Below, piece by piece: positions 23,745 through 38,302 of a stretch of DNA of 64,000 nt. Position numbers and translations under genes: made by a program. This DNA is from Ranitomeya imitator (lineage: Eukaryota), in NCBI RefSeq assembly GCF_032444005.1, contig NW_027193546.1:744001-808000 (forward strand), given 5' to 3'. How positions within the stretch are numbered: position 1 is the first letter of the stretch; the number at the start of each line of letters is the position of its first letter. The notes under the pieces are model-generated. The model worked only from the letters and a program-made list of their open reading frames with translations. It did no database searches and was not told the DNA's origin.

Positions 23745-24449
23745 TCTCCCCTCTCTTCTTCTTTCTCTCTCTCTCCCTCTTTCTTAATCTCTATTTCTCT
23801 CTCCTCTCTTTCATTATTTCCTTCTCTCCTTTCTCTCTTCGCTCTCCTCTCTTTCTCTCTTCTTTTTTCTCTAAATCTTTCTCTCACTCTTACTCTTTCT
23901 TCCTTTCTATTTCTCTCTCTCCCTCTCTTTCCCTTGCTTTCTCTTTTTCTTACTTTATATCTATCTCTCTCCTTCTCTCTTTCTTTATCTCTCTTCTCTC
24001 TACTTCTCTATCTCTCTCTTTATGTCTTTTTGTCTCTCTCTCTCTCTTTCTCCCTTTCTTTCTCTCTATCTCCTTCTTTCTCATTCTCTCTCTTTCACTT
24101 TATCTCTCTCTTTCTCTCTCTCAGGGAGAGATTATCAATCCTTCATGTCAGCAGTGCACCTCTCCAAAATGAGGCAGATGTACTAGATTTTCTAGGCACC
24201 GCCATCTGCACGTGGGGTGCTGCTGTAATCCCTGTCATCATCCTCGTTTTTCCTCTCCACGTTTCCATATCCAGCCAAGTGATCGCTGGGCCCAGTATTC
24301 TCATCAGCATTGCCGATACTTCGAGCTGTAGCAAAGGAGAAGGCACAAGTGATGATAACCCGCCTCTATGTGCCCTCAAGTGTCTCCGCTGTGGTGCGGG
24401 ATGATATGCTATGGAAGGTTAATAATCAATAATTGTGTCCTTCCTACAG

Positions 24450-25126
24450 GCTCTGGTGCCCCATGGAATGAAAGGTTTCCCCAGGAGGGCGGTGGTAAAG
24501 ATGTTTAATGACTTGCTAAGGAATGGTCGCATGCAAAAACTCCAAGACTCGGACACCGTGCTGTCCCAGATTTTGGAGATGACGTGCAGTGACTTGGATT
24601 GGGAGGTGAAGGTGAACGCAGTGGACCTGGCACATTCCTATATGTCCCAAACATTGGAGATGGGACCGTCCCTAACGTGCCCTTACACTATAGGGCTGCC
24701 ATCTAGCAGAAGCTCAGGTTCCATCTCCGACGCTCTGGTTACATGTGAATGAGTCGGGCTTTTTCCGGCCTTATTGACTTGTCTGTGTGACTGTGACCGG
24801 CCAGTGGCATTAAAGTTTTGTGAAATCCTTCTTGCTGTGAAGCCCAAACTGTGTAATGGGGACACTGATCCCTCCGAACAGCATGGAAGAGACTGGCTGG
24901 AGCACACGATAAAAGAGAAGCAAATGGCAGGCGGGGACGGTGCTGGGGCCGGCAGGGTCGCCCACCAGATTGGGCCACTGGTGTCATACAGAAGATGGAT
25001 TTGGATAACATAAAATGTCCCCTTCCGAAAAACAGCGATCATGTACACGAAACTCCCCGGTCACTGCTGCAGGACGTCAAAGCAACCTTATGGGGGGAAG
25101 AAATGCACGATGCAGATTGCTACTGA
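24450..25126 (+). pseudogene. BRAT1: BRAT1 terminal exon, pseudo-copy type b (premature stop plus frameshifts)
   Basis: Same motifs as type a including DCDRPVA; same TGA (24750-24752); frame disrupted near 24945-25040. Confidence 0.87.
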
Positions 25127-25921
25127 TGCGGAAGTTTATGGTACTTTTCTGCTGCAGATTTCACTGCGGAAATGCCTTTTGTGCTGTAATTTGTAGTGGA
25201 TCCAACCTGTGTTTTTCTTTTTTTACTACAGTGCCCTACTGGGACCCAGAAGCCCTTCTGGCCATCCAACTGCTACTCAGGCGCCAATTTCTAAGAAAGA
25301 TTTATCTCCTCTCTTTCTTTCTCTTTTCTTTCTCTAAATCTTTCTCTCACTCTTACCCTTTTCCCCTTTCTATTTCTCTCTCACCCTCTCTTTCTCTTGC
25401 TTTCTCTTTCTCTTTTTTCTCACTTTATCTCTATCTTTCTCTCTCCTTGTCTCTTTCTTCATCTCTATTTCTTCTCTCTCTACTTATCTCCCTCTTTCTT
25501 TCTCTTTGTCTTTATCTCTCTTTCTTTCTCCTTTGCTTTCTCTCTCGTTCACTCTCTCTCTTTGTCTTTATCTCTCTCTCTCCTTCTCTCTCCCAGGGAG
25601 AGATGATCAATCCTTCATGTCAGCAGTGCACCTCTCCAAAATGAGGCAGATGTACTAGATTTTCCAGGCACCGCCATCTGTACGTGCGGTGCTGCTGTAA
25701 TCCCTGTCATCATCCTCGTTTTTCCTCTCCACGTTTCCATATCCAGCCAAGTGATCGCTGGGCCCAGTATTCTCATCAGCATTGCCGATACTTCGAGCTA
25801 TAGCTAAGGAGAAGGCACAAGTGATGATAACCCGCCTCTATGTGCCCTCAAGTGTCTCCGCTGTGGTGCGGGATGATGTGCTATGGAAGGTTAATAATCA
25901 ATAATTGTGTCCTTCCTACAG

Positions 25922-26599
25922 GCTCTGGTGCCCCATGTAATGAAAGGTTTCCCCAGGAGGGCGGTGGTAAAGATGTTTACTAACTTGCTAAGGAATGGTC
26001 GCATGCAAAAACTCCAAGACTCGGACACCGTGCTGTCCCAGATTTTGGAGATGACGTGCAATGACTTGGATTGGGAGGTGAAGGTGAACGCATTGGACCT
26101 GGCACATTCCTATATGTCCCACACATTGGAGATGGGACCGTCCCTAACGTGCCCTTACACTATAGGGCTGCCATCTAGCAGAAGCTCAGGTTCCATCTCC
26201 GACGCTCTGGTTACATGTGAATGAGTCGGGCTTTTTCCGGCCTTATTGACTTGTCTGTGTGACTGTGACCGGTCAGTGGCATCAAAGGCGTGTGAAATCC
26301 TTCTCGCTGTGAAGCCCAAACTGTGCAATGGGGACACTGATCCCTCCGAAGAGTATGGAAGAGACTGGCTGGAGCACACGATAAAAGAGAAGCAAATGGC
26401 AGGCGGGGACGGTGCTGGGGACCGGCAGGGTCGCCCACCAGAATGGGCCACTGGGGTCATAAAGAAGATGGATTTGGATAACATAAAATGTTCCCTGCCG
26501 AAATACAGCGATTATGTACACGAGACTCCCCTGTCACTGCTGCAGGACGTCAAAGCCACCTTATGGGGGGAAGAAATGCACGATGCAGATTGCTACTGA
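25922..26599 (+). pseudogene. BRAT1: BRAT1 terminal exon, pseudo-copy type a
   Basis: As 12487-13164; stop at 26222-26224. Confidence 0.88.
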
Positions 26600-27420
26600 T
26601 GCGGAAGTTTAAGGGACTTTTCTGCTGCAGATCTCATTGCGGAAATGCCTTTTGTGCTGTGATTTGTAGTGGATCCAACCTGTTTTTTTCCTACAGTGTC
26701 CTACTGGGACCCAGAAGCCCTCCTGGCCATCCGACAGCTACTCAGGCCCCAATTTCGAAGAAGCACGTCCTGGTTATAAGAAAGCAAATGCCTTTGGCAC
26801 TATAGAGGGTGATGTAGTAGGGATTATTTTTCTATTTTGGTTTGCTTCCAGTACAGTTTTCACATTAAATCAGAACAATTAAAGAAAACAAACAAAAAAA
26901 AAAACACGGCACATTAACGTAATTTTGAATTAAAGCATAACATTTTATATAAACAATGCATAAAAATGTGTCTTTCTGGGTTGTGATTGGTACATGAGGT
27001 AATGGCATAAATTAACATTCAATCACCTGATGTTGATATGATGAAAAATCTCTCCTAATTTCACTTGCTGCTTTCAACCGTGTATTGGGATTAACTGTGG
27101 GGGCATCATACATTGTGGAGAGTATGATCCACTCTGATCTGGCATGGTCATGACAATAGTCGGGATACCTGCCGCTACAGGGAAGGAAATTGTATATAAT
27201 AAAGAAGCTGGAAAAATAATTGCAGAAACTGTACAATGGGCGGGAAATTCAAACTTCCCAACAGTTCTGTGTTCAGCCAATCAGCAGAGGAAGGGAGGAG
27301 CTAATGATTCTGTAAGCCCCGCCCCGGATAGCGTCATCTCTCCAGTTCTCTCTCTGGTCCATTCTTCCTCCATATAAAGGAGCAGTCCCTGAGGCTCAGG
27401 AATCAGTTTTTGCTCATTGA

Positions 27421-27741
<321 letters not shown>

Positions 27742-28381
27742 TTGTGTTCTCTTCTGTCCTCACAACCCAAAGGCTCTTTTCAGAGCCACCCACATCTTCT
27801 AAGTGAGGGCTGCACCTGACTGCTAGGATCTGATTTCTCTGCTTTGGTGATGTCGCTGTAATGTTAGAACACTCATCGGTGCCAACGTTACGCTCCGAAT
27901 ACTGAATAGTCCCAAGGATATCCTGACGTGGAAAGATTAAACGGCTTACCCGAAGCAGATCCCTCTACAGCTCTAATCAGGGGGGTGTTCAGGGCGGTTT
28001 CCAAATGTAGGTTAATATTCTGTCTAGACATTTAATATCCTGTTCTTATTGGGCGCTGATTAGTAGATTTATGGGGGATATATATCCGCACTGGGCCGCA
28101 GTGATAATTTCCTGATCAGATCCGTGTACAGGGAATGTGGCTGTAGGAGGCAGCTGGATAGATGGACGCCCTGTGTGTCATCACATAGGGTACGGCGACT
28201 CCTATGTGATGACCACGTCCTGGACACTAATGTTTCGGGTGGATGGCGCCTCTGAAGACTATTATAACCTCCTCAGAATAATGATGGGCTGTTTGAGGTC
28301 TGATAGCCACGGCTGCGCGTTTTGAGGTCCTGTCATGTATTTATATATATCCGGTGTGTGCAGTGTATGGGGGGACACAGG

Positions 28382-30901
28382 TGTACTCTCTCTAGTTCCA
28401 TTATATCCTTCCTGAGCACCGGTGCCCAAAACTGGACACAGTACTCCATGTGCGGTCTAACTAGGGATTTGTACAGAGGCAGTATAATGCTCTCATCATG
28501 TGTATCCAGACCTCTTTTAATGCACCCCATGATCCTGTTTGCCTTGGCAGCTGCTGCCTGGCACTGGCTGCTCCAGGTAAGTTTATCATTAACTAGGATC
28601 CCCAAGTCCTTCTCCCTGTCAGATTTACCCAGTGGTTTCCCGTTCAGTGTGTAATGGTGATATTGATTCCCTCTTCCCATGTGTATAACCTTACATTTAT
28701 CATTGTTAAACCTCATCTGCCACCTTTCAGCCCAAGTTTCCAACTTATCCAGATCCATCTGTAGCAGAATACTATCTTCTCTTGTATTAACTGCTTTACA
28801 TAGTTTTGTATCATCTGCAAATATCGATATTTTACTGTGTAAACCTTCTACCAGATCATTAATGAATATGTTGAAGAGAACAGGTCCCAATACTGACCCC
28901 TGCGGTACCCCACTGGTCACAGCGACCCAGTTAGAGACTATACCATTTATAACCACCCTCTGCTTTCTATCACTAAGCCAGTTACTAACCCATTTACACA
29001 CATTTTCCCCCAGACCAAGCATTCTCATTTTGTGTACCAACCTCTTGTGCGGCACGGTATCAAACGCTTTGGAAAAATCGAGATATACCACGTCCAATGA
29101 CTCACCGTGGTCCAGTCTATAGCTTACCTCTTCATAAAAACTGATTAGATTGGTTTGACAGGAGCGAGTTCTCATAAACCCATGCTGATATGGAGTTAAA
29201 CAGTTATTCTCATTGAGATAATCCAGAATAACATCCCTCAGAAACCCTTCAAATATTTTACCAACAATAGAGGTTAGACTTACTGGCCTATAATTTCCAG
29301 GTTCACTTTTAGAGCCCTTTTTGAATATTGGCACCACATTTGCTATGCGCCAGTCCTGCGGAACAGACCCTGTCGCTATAGAGTCACTAAAAATAAGAAA
29401 TAATGGTTTATCTATTACATTACTTAGTTCTCTTAGTACTCGTGGGTGTATGCCATCCGGACCTGGAGATTTATCTATTTTAATCTTATTTAGCCGGTTT
29501 CGCACCTCTTCTTGGGTTAGATTGGTGACTCTTAATATAGGGTTTTCATTGTTTCTTGGGATTTCACCTAGCATTTCATTTTCCACCGTGAATACCGTGG
29601 AGAAGAAGGTGTTTAATATGTTAGCTTTTTCCTCGTCATCTACAACCATTCTTTCCTCACTATTTTTTAAGGGGCCTACATTTTCAGTTTTTATTCTTTT
29701 ACTATTGAACAGTTTGGGATTAGTTTTACTCTCCTTAGCAATGTGCTTCTCTGTTTCCTTTTTGGCAGCTTTAATTAGTTTTTTAGATAAAGTATTTTTC
29801 TCCCTATAGTTTTGTAGAGCTTCAATGGTGCCATCCTGCTTTAGTAGTGCAAATGCTTTCTTTTTACTGTTAATTGCCTGTCTTACTTCTTTGTTTAGCC
29901 ACATTGGGTTTTTCCTATTTCTAGTCCTTTTATTCCCACAAGGTATAAACCGCTTACACTGCCTATTTAGGATGTTCTTAAACATTTCCCATTTATTATC
30001 TGTATTCTCATTTCTGAGGATATTGTCCCAGTCTACCAGATTAAGGGCATCTCTAAGCTGTTCAAACTTTGCCTTCCTAAAGTTCAGTGTTTTTGTGACT
30101 CCCTGACAAGTCCCCCTAGTGAAAGACAGGTGAAACTGCACAATATTGTGGTCGCTATTTCCTAAATGCCCAACCACCTGCAGATTTGTTATTCTGTCAG
30201 GTCTATTAGATAGTATTAGGTCTAAAAGTGCTGCTCCTCTGGTTGGATTCTGCACCAATTGTGAAAGATAATTTTTCTTGGTTATTAGCAGAAACCTGTT
30301 GCCTTTATGGGTTTCACAGGTTTCTGTTTCCCAGTTAATATCCGGGTAGTTAAAGTCCCCCATAACCAGGACCTCATTATGGGTTGCAGCTTCATCTATT
30401 TGCTTTAGAAGTAGACTTTCCATGGTTTCTGTTATATTTGGGGGTTTGTAACAGACCCCAATGAGAATTTTGTTACCATTTTTCCCTCCATGAATTTCGA
30501 CCCATATGGACTCGACATCCTCATTCCCTTCGCTAATATCCTCCCTTAAAGTGGACTTTAGACAAGACTTTACATAGAGACAAACCCCTCCTCCTCTCCG
30601 ATTTTTACGATCCTTTCTAAACAGACTGTAACCCTGTAAGTTAACTGCCCAGTCATAGCTTTCATCTAACCATGTCTCGGTTATTCCCACTATGTCAAAG
30701 TTACCTGTAGATATTTCTGCTTCTAGTTCTTCCATCTTGTTTGTCAGGCTTCTGGCGTTTGCGAGCATGCAGTTTAGAGGATTTTGTTTTGTTCCAATCT
30801 CCTCACTGTGGATTGTTTTAGAAATGTTCTTACCTCCCTTCTGAGTATGTTTTCCTGGGTCGTCTTTGTTCGAGTCTAATGTTTTTCTTCCCGTCCCCTC
30901 T
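28382..30901 (-). mobile_element. CR1-type LINE ORF2 fragment (duplicate of 14947-17466)
   Basis: Identical 860-aa ORF in the track and the same junctions. Confidence 0.93.
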
Positions 30902-30904
30902 TCT

Positions 30905-33900
30905 GGTGGTGGCACTGATCATACAGCTCTGCGGGGAGGAGGAGGTGGCTCTGATCATACAGCTCTGCGGGGAGGAGGAGGTGGCACTGATCATACAGCT
31001 CTGCGGGGAGGAGGTGGTGGCACTGATCATACAGCTCTGCGGGGAGGAGGTGGTGGCACTGATCATACAGCTCTGCGGGGAGGAGGTGGTGGCACTGATT
31101 ATACAGCTCTGCGGGGAGAGGGTGGTGGCTCTGATCATACAGCTCTGCGGGGAGGAGGTGGTGGCTCTGATCATACAGCTCTGCGGGGTGGAGGTGGTGG
31201 CACTGATTATACAGCTCTGCGGGGAGGAAGTGGTGGCTCTGATCATACAGCTCTGCGGGGGAGAAGGTGGTGGCACTGATCATACAGCTCTGCGGGGTGG
31301 AGGTGATTTCTCTGATCATACAGCTCTGCAGGGAGGAGTAGGTGGTGGCACTGATGATACAGCTCTGCGGGGAGGAGGTGGTGGCACTGATCATACAGCT
31401 CTGCGGGGTGGAGGTGATTTCTCTGATCATACAACTCTGCGGGGAGGAGGAGGTGGCACTGATCATACAGCTCTGCGGGGAGGAGGTGTTGGCACTGATC
31501 ATACAGCTCTGCGGGGAGGAGGTGGTGGCACTGTTCATACAGCTCTGCGGGGAGGAGGTGGTGGCACTGATTATACAGCTCTGCGGGGAGAGGGTGGTGG
31601 CTCTGATCATACAGCTCTGCGGGGAGGAGGTGGTGGCTCTGATCATACAGCTCTGCGGGGTGGAGGTGATTTCTCTGATCATACAGCTCTGCGGGGTGGA
31701 GGTGGTGGCACTGATTATACAGCTCTGCGGGGAGGAAGTGGTGGCTCTGATCATACAGCTCTGCGGGGGAGAAGGTGGTGGCACTGATCATACAGCTCTG
31801 CGGGGTGGAGGTGATTTCTCTGATCATACAGCTCTGCAGGGAGGAGTAGATGGTGGCACTGATGATACAGCTCTGCGGGGAGGAGGTGGTGGCACTGATC
31901 ATACAGCTCTGCGGGGTGGAGGTGATTTATCTGATCATACAGCTCTGCAGGGAGGAGTAGGTGGTGGCACTGATGATACAGCTCTGCGGGGAGGAGGTGG
32001 TGGCACTGATCATACAGCTCTGCGGGGAGGAGGTGGTGGCTCTGATCATACAGCTCTGCGGGGAGGAGGTGGTGGCTCTGATCATGCAGCTCTGCGGGGA
32101 GGAGGTGGTGGCACTGATCATACAGCTGTGCGGGGAGGAGGTGGTGGCACTGATCATACAGCTCTGCGGGGAGGAGGTGGTGGCTCTGATCATACAGCTC
32201 TGCGGGGAGGAGGTGATGGTACTGATCATACAGCAGTGCGGGGAGGATGTGATTTCTCTGATCATACAGCTCTGCAGGGAGGAGGTGGTGGCTCTGATCA
32301 TACAGCTCTGCGGGGAGGAGGAGGTGGCACTGATCATACAGCTCTGCGGGGAGGAGGTGGTGGCACTGATCATACAGCTCTGCGGGGAGGAGGTGGTGGC
32401 ACTGATCATACAGCTCTGCGGGGAGGAGGTGGTGGCACTGATCATACAGCTCTGCGGGGAGGAGGAGGTGGCACTGATCATACAGCTCTGCGGGGAGGAG
32501 GTGGTGGCACTGATCATACAGCTCTGCGGGGAGGAGGTGGTGGCACTGATCATACAGCTCTGCGGGGAGGAGGAGGTGGCACTGATCATACAGCTCTGCG
32601 GGGAGGAAGTGGTGGCACTGATCATACAGCTCTGCGGGGAGGAGGTGGTGGCACTGATCATACAGCTCTGCGGGGAGGAGGTGCTGGCACTGATCATACA
32701 GCTCTGCGGGGAGGAGGTGGTGGCACTGATCGTACAGCTCTGCGGGGAGGAGGTGGTGGCACTGATCATACAGCTCTGCAGGGAGGAGGTGGTGGCACTG
32801 ATCATACAGCTCTGCGGGGAGAAGGTGTTGGCACTGATCATACAGCTCTCCGGGGAGGAGGTGATTTCTCTGATCATACAGCTCTGCAGGGAGGAGGAGG
32901 TTATGGCTCTGATCATACAGGTCTGAGGGGAGTAGGTGGTGGCTCTGATCATACAGCTCTGCGGGGAGAGGGTGGTGGCACTGATCATACAGCTCTGCGG
33001 GGAGGAGGTGATGGCTCTGATCCTACAGCTCTGCGGGGAGAATGTGGTGGCTCTGATCATACAGCTCTGCGGGGAGAAGGTGGTGGCACTGATCATACGG
33101 CTCTCCGGGGAGGAGGTGATTTCTCTGATCACACAGCTCTGCAGGGAGGAGGTGGTGGCTCTGATCATACAGCTCTGCGGAGAGGAGGTGGTGGCTCTGA
33201 TCATGCAGCTCTGCGGGGAGGAGGTGGTGGCACTGATCATACAGCTCTGCAGGGAGGAGGTGGTGGTACTGATCATACAGCTCTGCGGGGAGGAGGTGGT
33301 GGCTCTGATCATACAGCTCTGCGGGGAGGAGGTGGTGGTACCGATCATACAGCTGTGCGGGGAGGAGGTGATTTCTCTGATCATACAGCTCTGCAGGGAG
33401 GAGGTGGTGTCTCTGATCATACAGCTCTGCGGGGAGGAGGTGGTGGCTCTGATCATACAGCTCTGCGGGGAGGAGGAGGTGGCACTGATCATACAGCTCT
33501 GCGGGGAGGAGGTGGTGGCACTGATCATACAGCTCTGCGGGGAGGAGGTGGTGGCACTGATCATACAGCTCTGCGGGGAGGAGGTGGTGGCACTGATCAT
33601 ACAGCTCTGCGGGGAGGAGGAGGTGGCTCTGATCATACAGCTCTGCGGGGAGGAGGAGGTGGCACTGATCATACAGCTCTGCGGGGAGGAGGTGGTGGCA
33701 CTGATCATACAGCTCTGCGGGGAGGAGGTGGTGGCACTGATCATACAGCTCTGCGGGGAGGAGGTGGTGGCACTGATTATACAGCTCTGCGGGGAGAGGG
33801 TGGTGGCTCTGATCATACAGCTCTGCGGGGAGGAGGTGGTGGCTCTGATCATACAGCTCTGCGGGGTGGAGGTGATTTCTCTGATCATACAGCTCTGCGG

Positions 33901-36416
33901 GGTGGAGGTGGTGGCACTGATTATACAGCTCTGCGGGGAGGAAGTGGTGGCTCTGATCATACAGCTATGCGGGGGAGAAGGTGGTGGCACTGATCATACA
34001 GCTCTGCGGGGTGGAGGTGATTTCTCTGATCATACAGCTCTGCAGGGAGGAGAAGGTGGTGGCACTGATGATACAGCTCTGCGGGGAGGAGGTGGTGGCA
34101 CTGATCATACAGCTCTGCGGGGTGGAGGTGATTTCTCTGATCATACAGCTCTGCAGGGAGGAGTAGGTGGTGGCACTGATGATACAGCTCTGCGGGGAGG
34201 AGGTGGTGGCACTGATCATACAGCTCTGCGGGGAGGAGGTGGTGTCTCTGATCATACAGCTCTGCGGGGAGGAGGTGGTGGCTCTGATCATACAGCTCTG
34301 CGGGGAGGAGGAGGTGGCACTGATCATACAGCTCTACGGGGAGGAGGTGGTGGCACTGATCATACAGCTCTGCGGGGAGGAGGTGGTGGCACTGATCATA
34401 CAGCTCTGCGGGGAGGAGGTGGTGGCACTGATCATACAGCTCTGCGGGGAGGAGGAGGTGGCTCTGATCATACAGCTCTGCGGGGAGGAGGTGATTTCTC
34501 TGATCATACAGCTCTGCAGGGAGGAGGTGGTGTCTCTGATCATACAGCTCTGCGGGGAGGAGGTGGTGGCTCTGATCATACAGCTCTGCGGGGAGGAGGA
34601 GGTGGCACTGATCATACAGCTCTGCGGGGAGGAGGTGGTGGCACTGATCATACAGCTCTGCGGGGAGGAGGTGGTGGCACTGATCATACAGCTCTGCGGG
34701 GAGGAGGTGGTGGCACTGATCATACAGCTCTGCGGGGAGGAGGAGGTGGCTCTGATCATACAGCTCTGCGGGGAGGAGGAGGTGGCACTGATCATACAGC
34801 TCTGCGGGGAGGAGGTGGTGGCACTGATCATACAGCTCTGCGGGGAGGAGGTGGTGGCACTGATCATACAGCTCTGCGGGGAGGAGGTGGTGGCACTGAT
34901 TATACAGCTCTGCGGGGAGAGGGTGGTGGCTCTGATCATACAGCTCTGCGGGGAGGAGGTGGTGGCTCTGATCATACAGCTCTGCGGGGTGGAGGTGATT
35001 TCTCTGATCATACAGCTCTGCGGGGTGGAGGTGGTGGCACTGATTATACAGCTCTGCGGGGAGGAAGTGGTGGCTCTGATCATACAGCTATGCGGGGGAG
35101 AAGGTGGTGGCACTGATCATACAGCTCTGCGGGGTGGAGGTGATTTCTCTGATCATACAGCTCTGCAGGGAGGAGAAGGTGGTGGCACTGATGATACAGC
35201 TCTGCGGGGAGGAGGTGGTGGCACTGATCATACAGCTCTGCGGGGTGGAGGTGATTTCTCTGATCATACAGCTCTGCAGGGAGGAGTAGGTGGTGGCACT
35301 GATGATACAGCTCTGCGGGGAGGAGGTGGTGGCACTGATCATACAGCTCTGCGGGGAGGAGGTGGTGGCTCTGATCATACAGCTCTGCGGGGAGGAGGTG
35401 GTGGCTCTGATCATGCAGCTCTGCGGGGAGGAGTTGGTGGCACTGATCATACAGCTGTGCGGGGAGGAGGTGGTGGCACTGATCATACAGCTCTGCGGGG
35501 AGGAGGTGGTGGCTCTGATCATACAGCTCTGCGGGGAGGAGGTGGTGGTACTGATCATACAGCTGTGCGGGGAGGAGGTGATTTCTCTGATCATACAGCT
35601 CTGCAGGGAAGAGGTGGTGGCTCTGATCATACAGCTCTGCGGGGAGGAGGAGGTGGCACTGATCATACAGCTCTGCGGGGAGGAGGTGGTGGCACTGATC
35701 ATACAGCTCTGCGGGGAGGAGGTGGTGGCACTGATCATACAGCTCTGCGGGGAGGAGGTGGTGGCACTGATCATACAGCTCTGCGGGGAGGAGGAGGTGG
35801 CACTGATCATACAGCTCTGCGGGGAGGAGGTGGTGGCACTGATCATACAGCTCTGCGGGGAGGAGGTGGTGGCACTGATCATACAGCTCTGCGGGGAGGA
35901 GGTGATTTCTCTGATCATACAGCTCTGCAGGGAGGAGGTGGTGGTACTGATCATACAGCTGTGCGGGGAGGAGGTGATTTCTCTGATCATACAGCTCTGC
36001 AGGGAGGAGGTGGTGGCACTGATCATACAGCTCTGCGGGGAGGAGGTGGTGGCACTGATCATACAGCTCTGCGGGGAGGAGGTGGTGGCACTGATCATAC
36101 AGCTCTGCGGGGAGGAGGTGGTGGCACTGATCATACAGCTCTGCGGGGAGGAGGTGATTTCTCTGATCATACAGCTCTGCAGTGAGGAGGTGGTGGCTCT
36201 GATCATACATCTCTGCGGGGAGGAGGTGGTGGCTCTGATCATACAGCTCTGCGGGGAGGAGGAGGTGGCACTGATCATACAGCTCTGCGGGGAGGAGATG
36301 GTGGCTCTGATCATACAGCTCTGCGGGGAGGAGGTGGTGGCACTGATCATACAGCTCTGCGGGGAGGAGGTGGTGGCACTGATCATACAGCTCTGCGGGG
36401 AGGAGGTGGTGGCTCT
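30905..36416 (-). repeat. 36-bp H1-processing-signal minisatellite (about 150 units by length/36)
   Basis: Same unit; contiguous with the stem-loop at 36411-36426. Confidence 0.97.
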
Positions 36417-36454
36417 TATAAGAGCCTTTGTGGTAACAGAACAGGGGCTGCAGC

Positions 36455-37090
36455 TTATTTCTTAGCCGCGGGCTTCTTGGCTTTCGCAGCCTTCTTAGCC
36501 GGACTCTTGGCGGGTTTGGCCGCCTTCTTAGCCGGACTCTTCGTCACCTTCTTGGGCTTGGGAGCGGCTTTCGGCTTCTTGGGGCTCTTGGCCGCTTTCT
36601 TGGCCGCTGCGGGCTTCTTGGCCGTTTTCGGGCTCTTCTTGGCCGCAGTCGGAGCCTTCTTGGGCTTCTTCGGAGATTTGGCGGCTTTCTTGGCAGCAGC
36701 GGGTTTCTTAGGTTTGGCCGCAGCTGCTGGCTTCGTCTTGGCCACTTTGTCCTTCGTCTCCTGCTTCTTGTTCAGCTTGAAGGACCCGGAGGCGCCGCTG
36801 CCTTTCACCTGGAGGAGGGCGCCCTTGGTGACCAGAGCCTTGACGGCCAGCTTCAGGCGGCTGTTGTTCTTCTCTACATCGTATCCTCCAGCAGACAGAG
36901 CCTTCTTCAGGGCGGCCAGAGACACCCCGCTGCGCTCCTTGGAGGCGGACACGGCTTTCACGATCAGCTCGGAGACGCTGGGGCCGGAGGGTTTATTGCT
37001 CTTCTTGGCAGCAGATTTCTTCGGCTGCTTCTTGGATTTGGCGGCCGGTTCTGCGGGAGGGGGAGCGGCGGCTGGCGCGGTCTCTGCCAT
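36455..37090 (-). CDS. H1: Linker histone H1 (211 aa)
   Basis: Same protein as 21897-22532; stem-loop at 36411-36426. Confidence 0.98.
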   Translation of the reverse strand: MAETAPAAAPPPAEPAAKSKKQPKKSAAKKSNKPSGPSVSELIVKAVSASKERSGVSLAALKKALSAGGYDVEKNNSRLKLAVKALVTKGALLQVKGSGASGSFKLNKKQETKDKVAKTKPAAAAKPKKPAAAKKAAKSPKKPKKAPTAAKKSPKTAKKPAAAKKAAKSPKKPKAAPKPKKVTKSPAKKAAKPAKSPAKKAAKAKKPAAKK

Positions 37091-38094
37091 CATATGCTGC
37101 TGACGCAAAATGAAAATATTTCCTGATAGGAAGGAAAACACTGAGGCCGGAGCTGGAGGCGCCTGTTATATGTACAGGCTTACTGCGCACTGATTGGCTG
37201 CTGAGCAGCACCGTCCTGAGCTTCTATTGGCTGACACTGGACACAGGCCCCGCCCCCTCCCAGCTGAGTCCGAGTGAAGCTCCGCTCTCCCCTTGTGCTT
37301 CCCTGCCCTGGATAAAAGCCCTTTACCGGCTAACACCGGACAGCAGAGCGCGATTCCTCCGTCGCCTCCCCTTCTCCAACATCTCCACCGGCCATTTGTA
37401 GCCGTCACTAGCAGAGATGCCGGGAAAGAGCGGAGAGGAAATCCCGGGATCATCGCCGCCGTCCTCCCGATCTGCACATCACTGTGTATCCGGGGAGATA
37501 AATCTGCTGCGGGAGCTCGTTCCTCCTATTCCCGGCTCCTGTCACCATCACAGGGATCTTTACTCCTATGTCTATCGCACAGGAAGCTGATTGTACGATG
37601 TGGGGACGAGCTGGAGCTGCTGACAACCCAGAAGGGTAACACAGGCGACGGCCTCCGCTGACTGCCACCTCCCTGACCTGTGGTGTCACTGTACCCCGTA
37701 TGTGCAGAGGATTGGGGGGACACGTGTTCCACACCAGTAGATGATCCACATCGGTGGCTGATTGCAATCACCTGCCTGATATCGTGTCTTACCCAGTGTG
37801 AAGCTGTGACCGCTGCGGCATGTCATGGTGCGAAGAGCTCTGATGAGGCGACAGCTGCACACTGCGACTCCCCAACCAAACACATAAACATCTCCGGGGA
37901 GAAAACTGAAATATTAATGGATTTATGTGACCCCCACTATTGTGTAAAAGGGGAATATTGGGAGAAAAGCGGAGACACAAAATCCAGCGTCTACACAGAG
38001 AACACAGCTGTACATAGTATATATAGTGCACAACATCACATCTGCACAGCCCAGATCAGCAGTGTAATAAGTGTCACTGATACTAGAGGAGAGG

Positions 38095-38302
38095 GTACAG
38101 TATATACAGCAGAGTGTACAGTATATACAGCAGAGTACACAGTATATAGAGCAGAGTGTACAGGATATACAGCAGTGTGCACAGTATATAGAGCCAGTGT
38201 GTACAGTACATACAGCAGTGTGTACAGTATATAGAGCAGTGTGTAAAGTATATACAGCAGTGTGTACAATTTATAGACCAGAGTGTACAGTATATAGAGC
38301 AG
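38095..38302. repeat. 21-bp minisatellite followed by a CT-rich tract
   Basis: Copy of 23537-23744. Confidence 0.9.

Noticed and set aside
23513-24404. Ser/Leu/Phe-rich and YTAV-repeat ORFs (also at 38071 and 63223)
   Set aside because: Products of CT tracts and the 21-bp minisatellite.
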